Assembly: GCF_026571515.1 (NCBI RefSeq)
Contig: NW_026863691.1
Coordinates: 434,001 to 498,000 of the forward strand
DNA from: Ruditapes philippinarum
Lineage: Eukaryota
Reading direction: 5' to 3'
DNA: 64,000 bases
The notes under the pieces are model-generated. The model saw nothing but the letters and a program-made list of their open reading frames with translations, had not been told where the DNA came from and made no database searches. Shown here one piece after another: positions 62,861 to 64,000 of this stretch (within the stretch, counting starts at the first letter, position 1; each line of letters starts with the position of its first letter). The translations under genes and the position numbers were made by a program.

Positions 62861-64000
62861 TTAACCTTGTATAATTATTTAAGCCAAGCTCATAAAAAAA
62901 CATCTGCCATCTGCCACCATGCACCAGTAGATGGTTCTCCCTGTTCTATAACTATTAAAGTTAATCTTAAAGAATTCACGCCCACGCACATTTACAGTGT
63001 ACTATATGTGTATCAAGTTGGTCTCCACGCATGGGCGAGTAGGATATCTCTCCCTATTATATAATTATTTAAGTCGAGCTTAAAGAAATCGCGCCAAAGT
63101 ACAGACTCCCTGTTATATTGTAGATAAATTTAACAGAAATAATAACAATATGACAGATTCATTTTCAAGCGAATTCAAATGTCTGTTTAACTGCAGAAGG
63201 GACTCGTATCTATTTGTTTGACTGATCTTAGATGTCATTGGGTGGCACGTACCGTTGTAAAAACTCCGTGCCTTAAGTGATAACGCTTTCATAATCATTT
63301 ATGATATATTTTATTTCACAATTTCTATATATAGCCAAAGTGTCAACAGAAAAGAAATGTGCAAATTTGAACGATTAAATAAATATCGCAGAAAATATAC
63401 AAGATAATTAACATAAATTGCCTCCCCTTTATAATTTATCACCATCTGTATTGAAAAGGGAGGCTACTATATTCAAATACTATTAACAGATCAGCAGTGA
63501 CTTTACTTAACGAGTATTCGAAATTTATCACACATAAAAAAAAACCTGAATGTATATACTAATAATCCAATATCAAAGGAACCCCAATGAAGTTTTTCTC
63601 TTTTTTTTGACATGGCGGGACTGGAATTAATTTTTCAAGATTAATATTGAACTTGATGCCGGTCTAGACCACTAACATGTGATATCGTTCAGCCACTCTT
63701 TTTTCCAGAATAATTATTTAAATTGTGAAAAAATGAAATTTAATAGTGCCAGAAATTGATAAGCGTTACAACGTAGACACAATTGATTTTCAACTTAATT
63801 CCGAGTTTATATATTTTGATATATTTCTTAATTATCTTTTGCTGTCTTTCTGTTTGAAACTGCCCCAGGTGATAAATGTAAGAAAATCAATTTTTACATT
63901 TTCAGGCTTTTGTACTTTAGTGGAATTTCCTTAACATTAAGAAAGCCTATATTCATAATGAGACTAAATGTGTTAAAGTTAAACCATATACTAGCAGCAA

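Noticed and set aside
59718-64000. Short ORFs downstream of gelsolin
   Set aside because: They are low-complexity AT-rich or repeat-derived frames without splice or motif support. This is probably 3' UTR (AATAAA ~61458) and intergenic repeats.

Overview
AT-rich, intron-containing eukaryotic DNA. The gene families and repeats point to a bivalve mollusc, probably a venerid-type clam (inference). I could reconstruct five multi-exon genes by hand from GT-AG splice sites with consistent phases. (1) An atypical Hsp70 of the HSPA12 subfamily on the minus strand (~5706-9577); its last exon carries frameshifts that look like local assembly error. (2-4) Three tandem, complete, 8-coding-exon paralogs on the plus strand (9941-19879, 23617-29651, 32008-36368), each encoding CxxC + coiled coil + Mieap/SPATA18-type C-terminal domain. 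(5) A three-domain gelsolin/severin-like gene (CDS 49178-59717). The first Mieap-domain gene sits head-to-head with HSPA12, with only 363 bp between the predicted ATGs; this interval contains ISRE-, NF-kB- and E-box-like motifs. The Mieap-domain proteins have a GrpE-like layout and a GrpE-like C-terminal beta motif. My main hypothesis is a co-regulated, possibly immune-inducible HSPA12 / GrpE-like co-chaperone module; this is untested. A near-intact CR1/L2-group LINE lies in intron 2 of the first paralog. The rest holds palindromic MITEs, a 27-bp micro-transposon with target-site duplications, hAT- and Kolobok-like MITEs, tRNA-derived SINEs and Helentron-associated (HINE-like) satellite elements.
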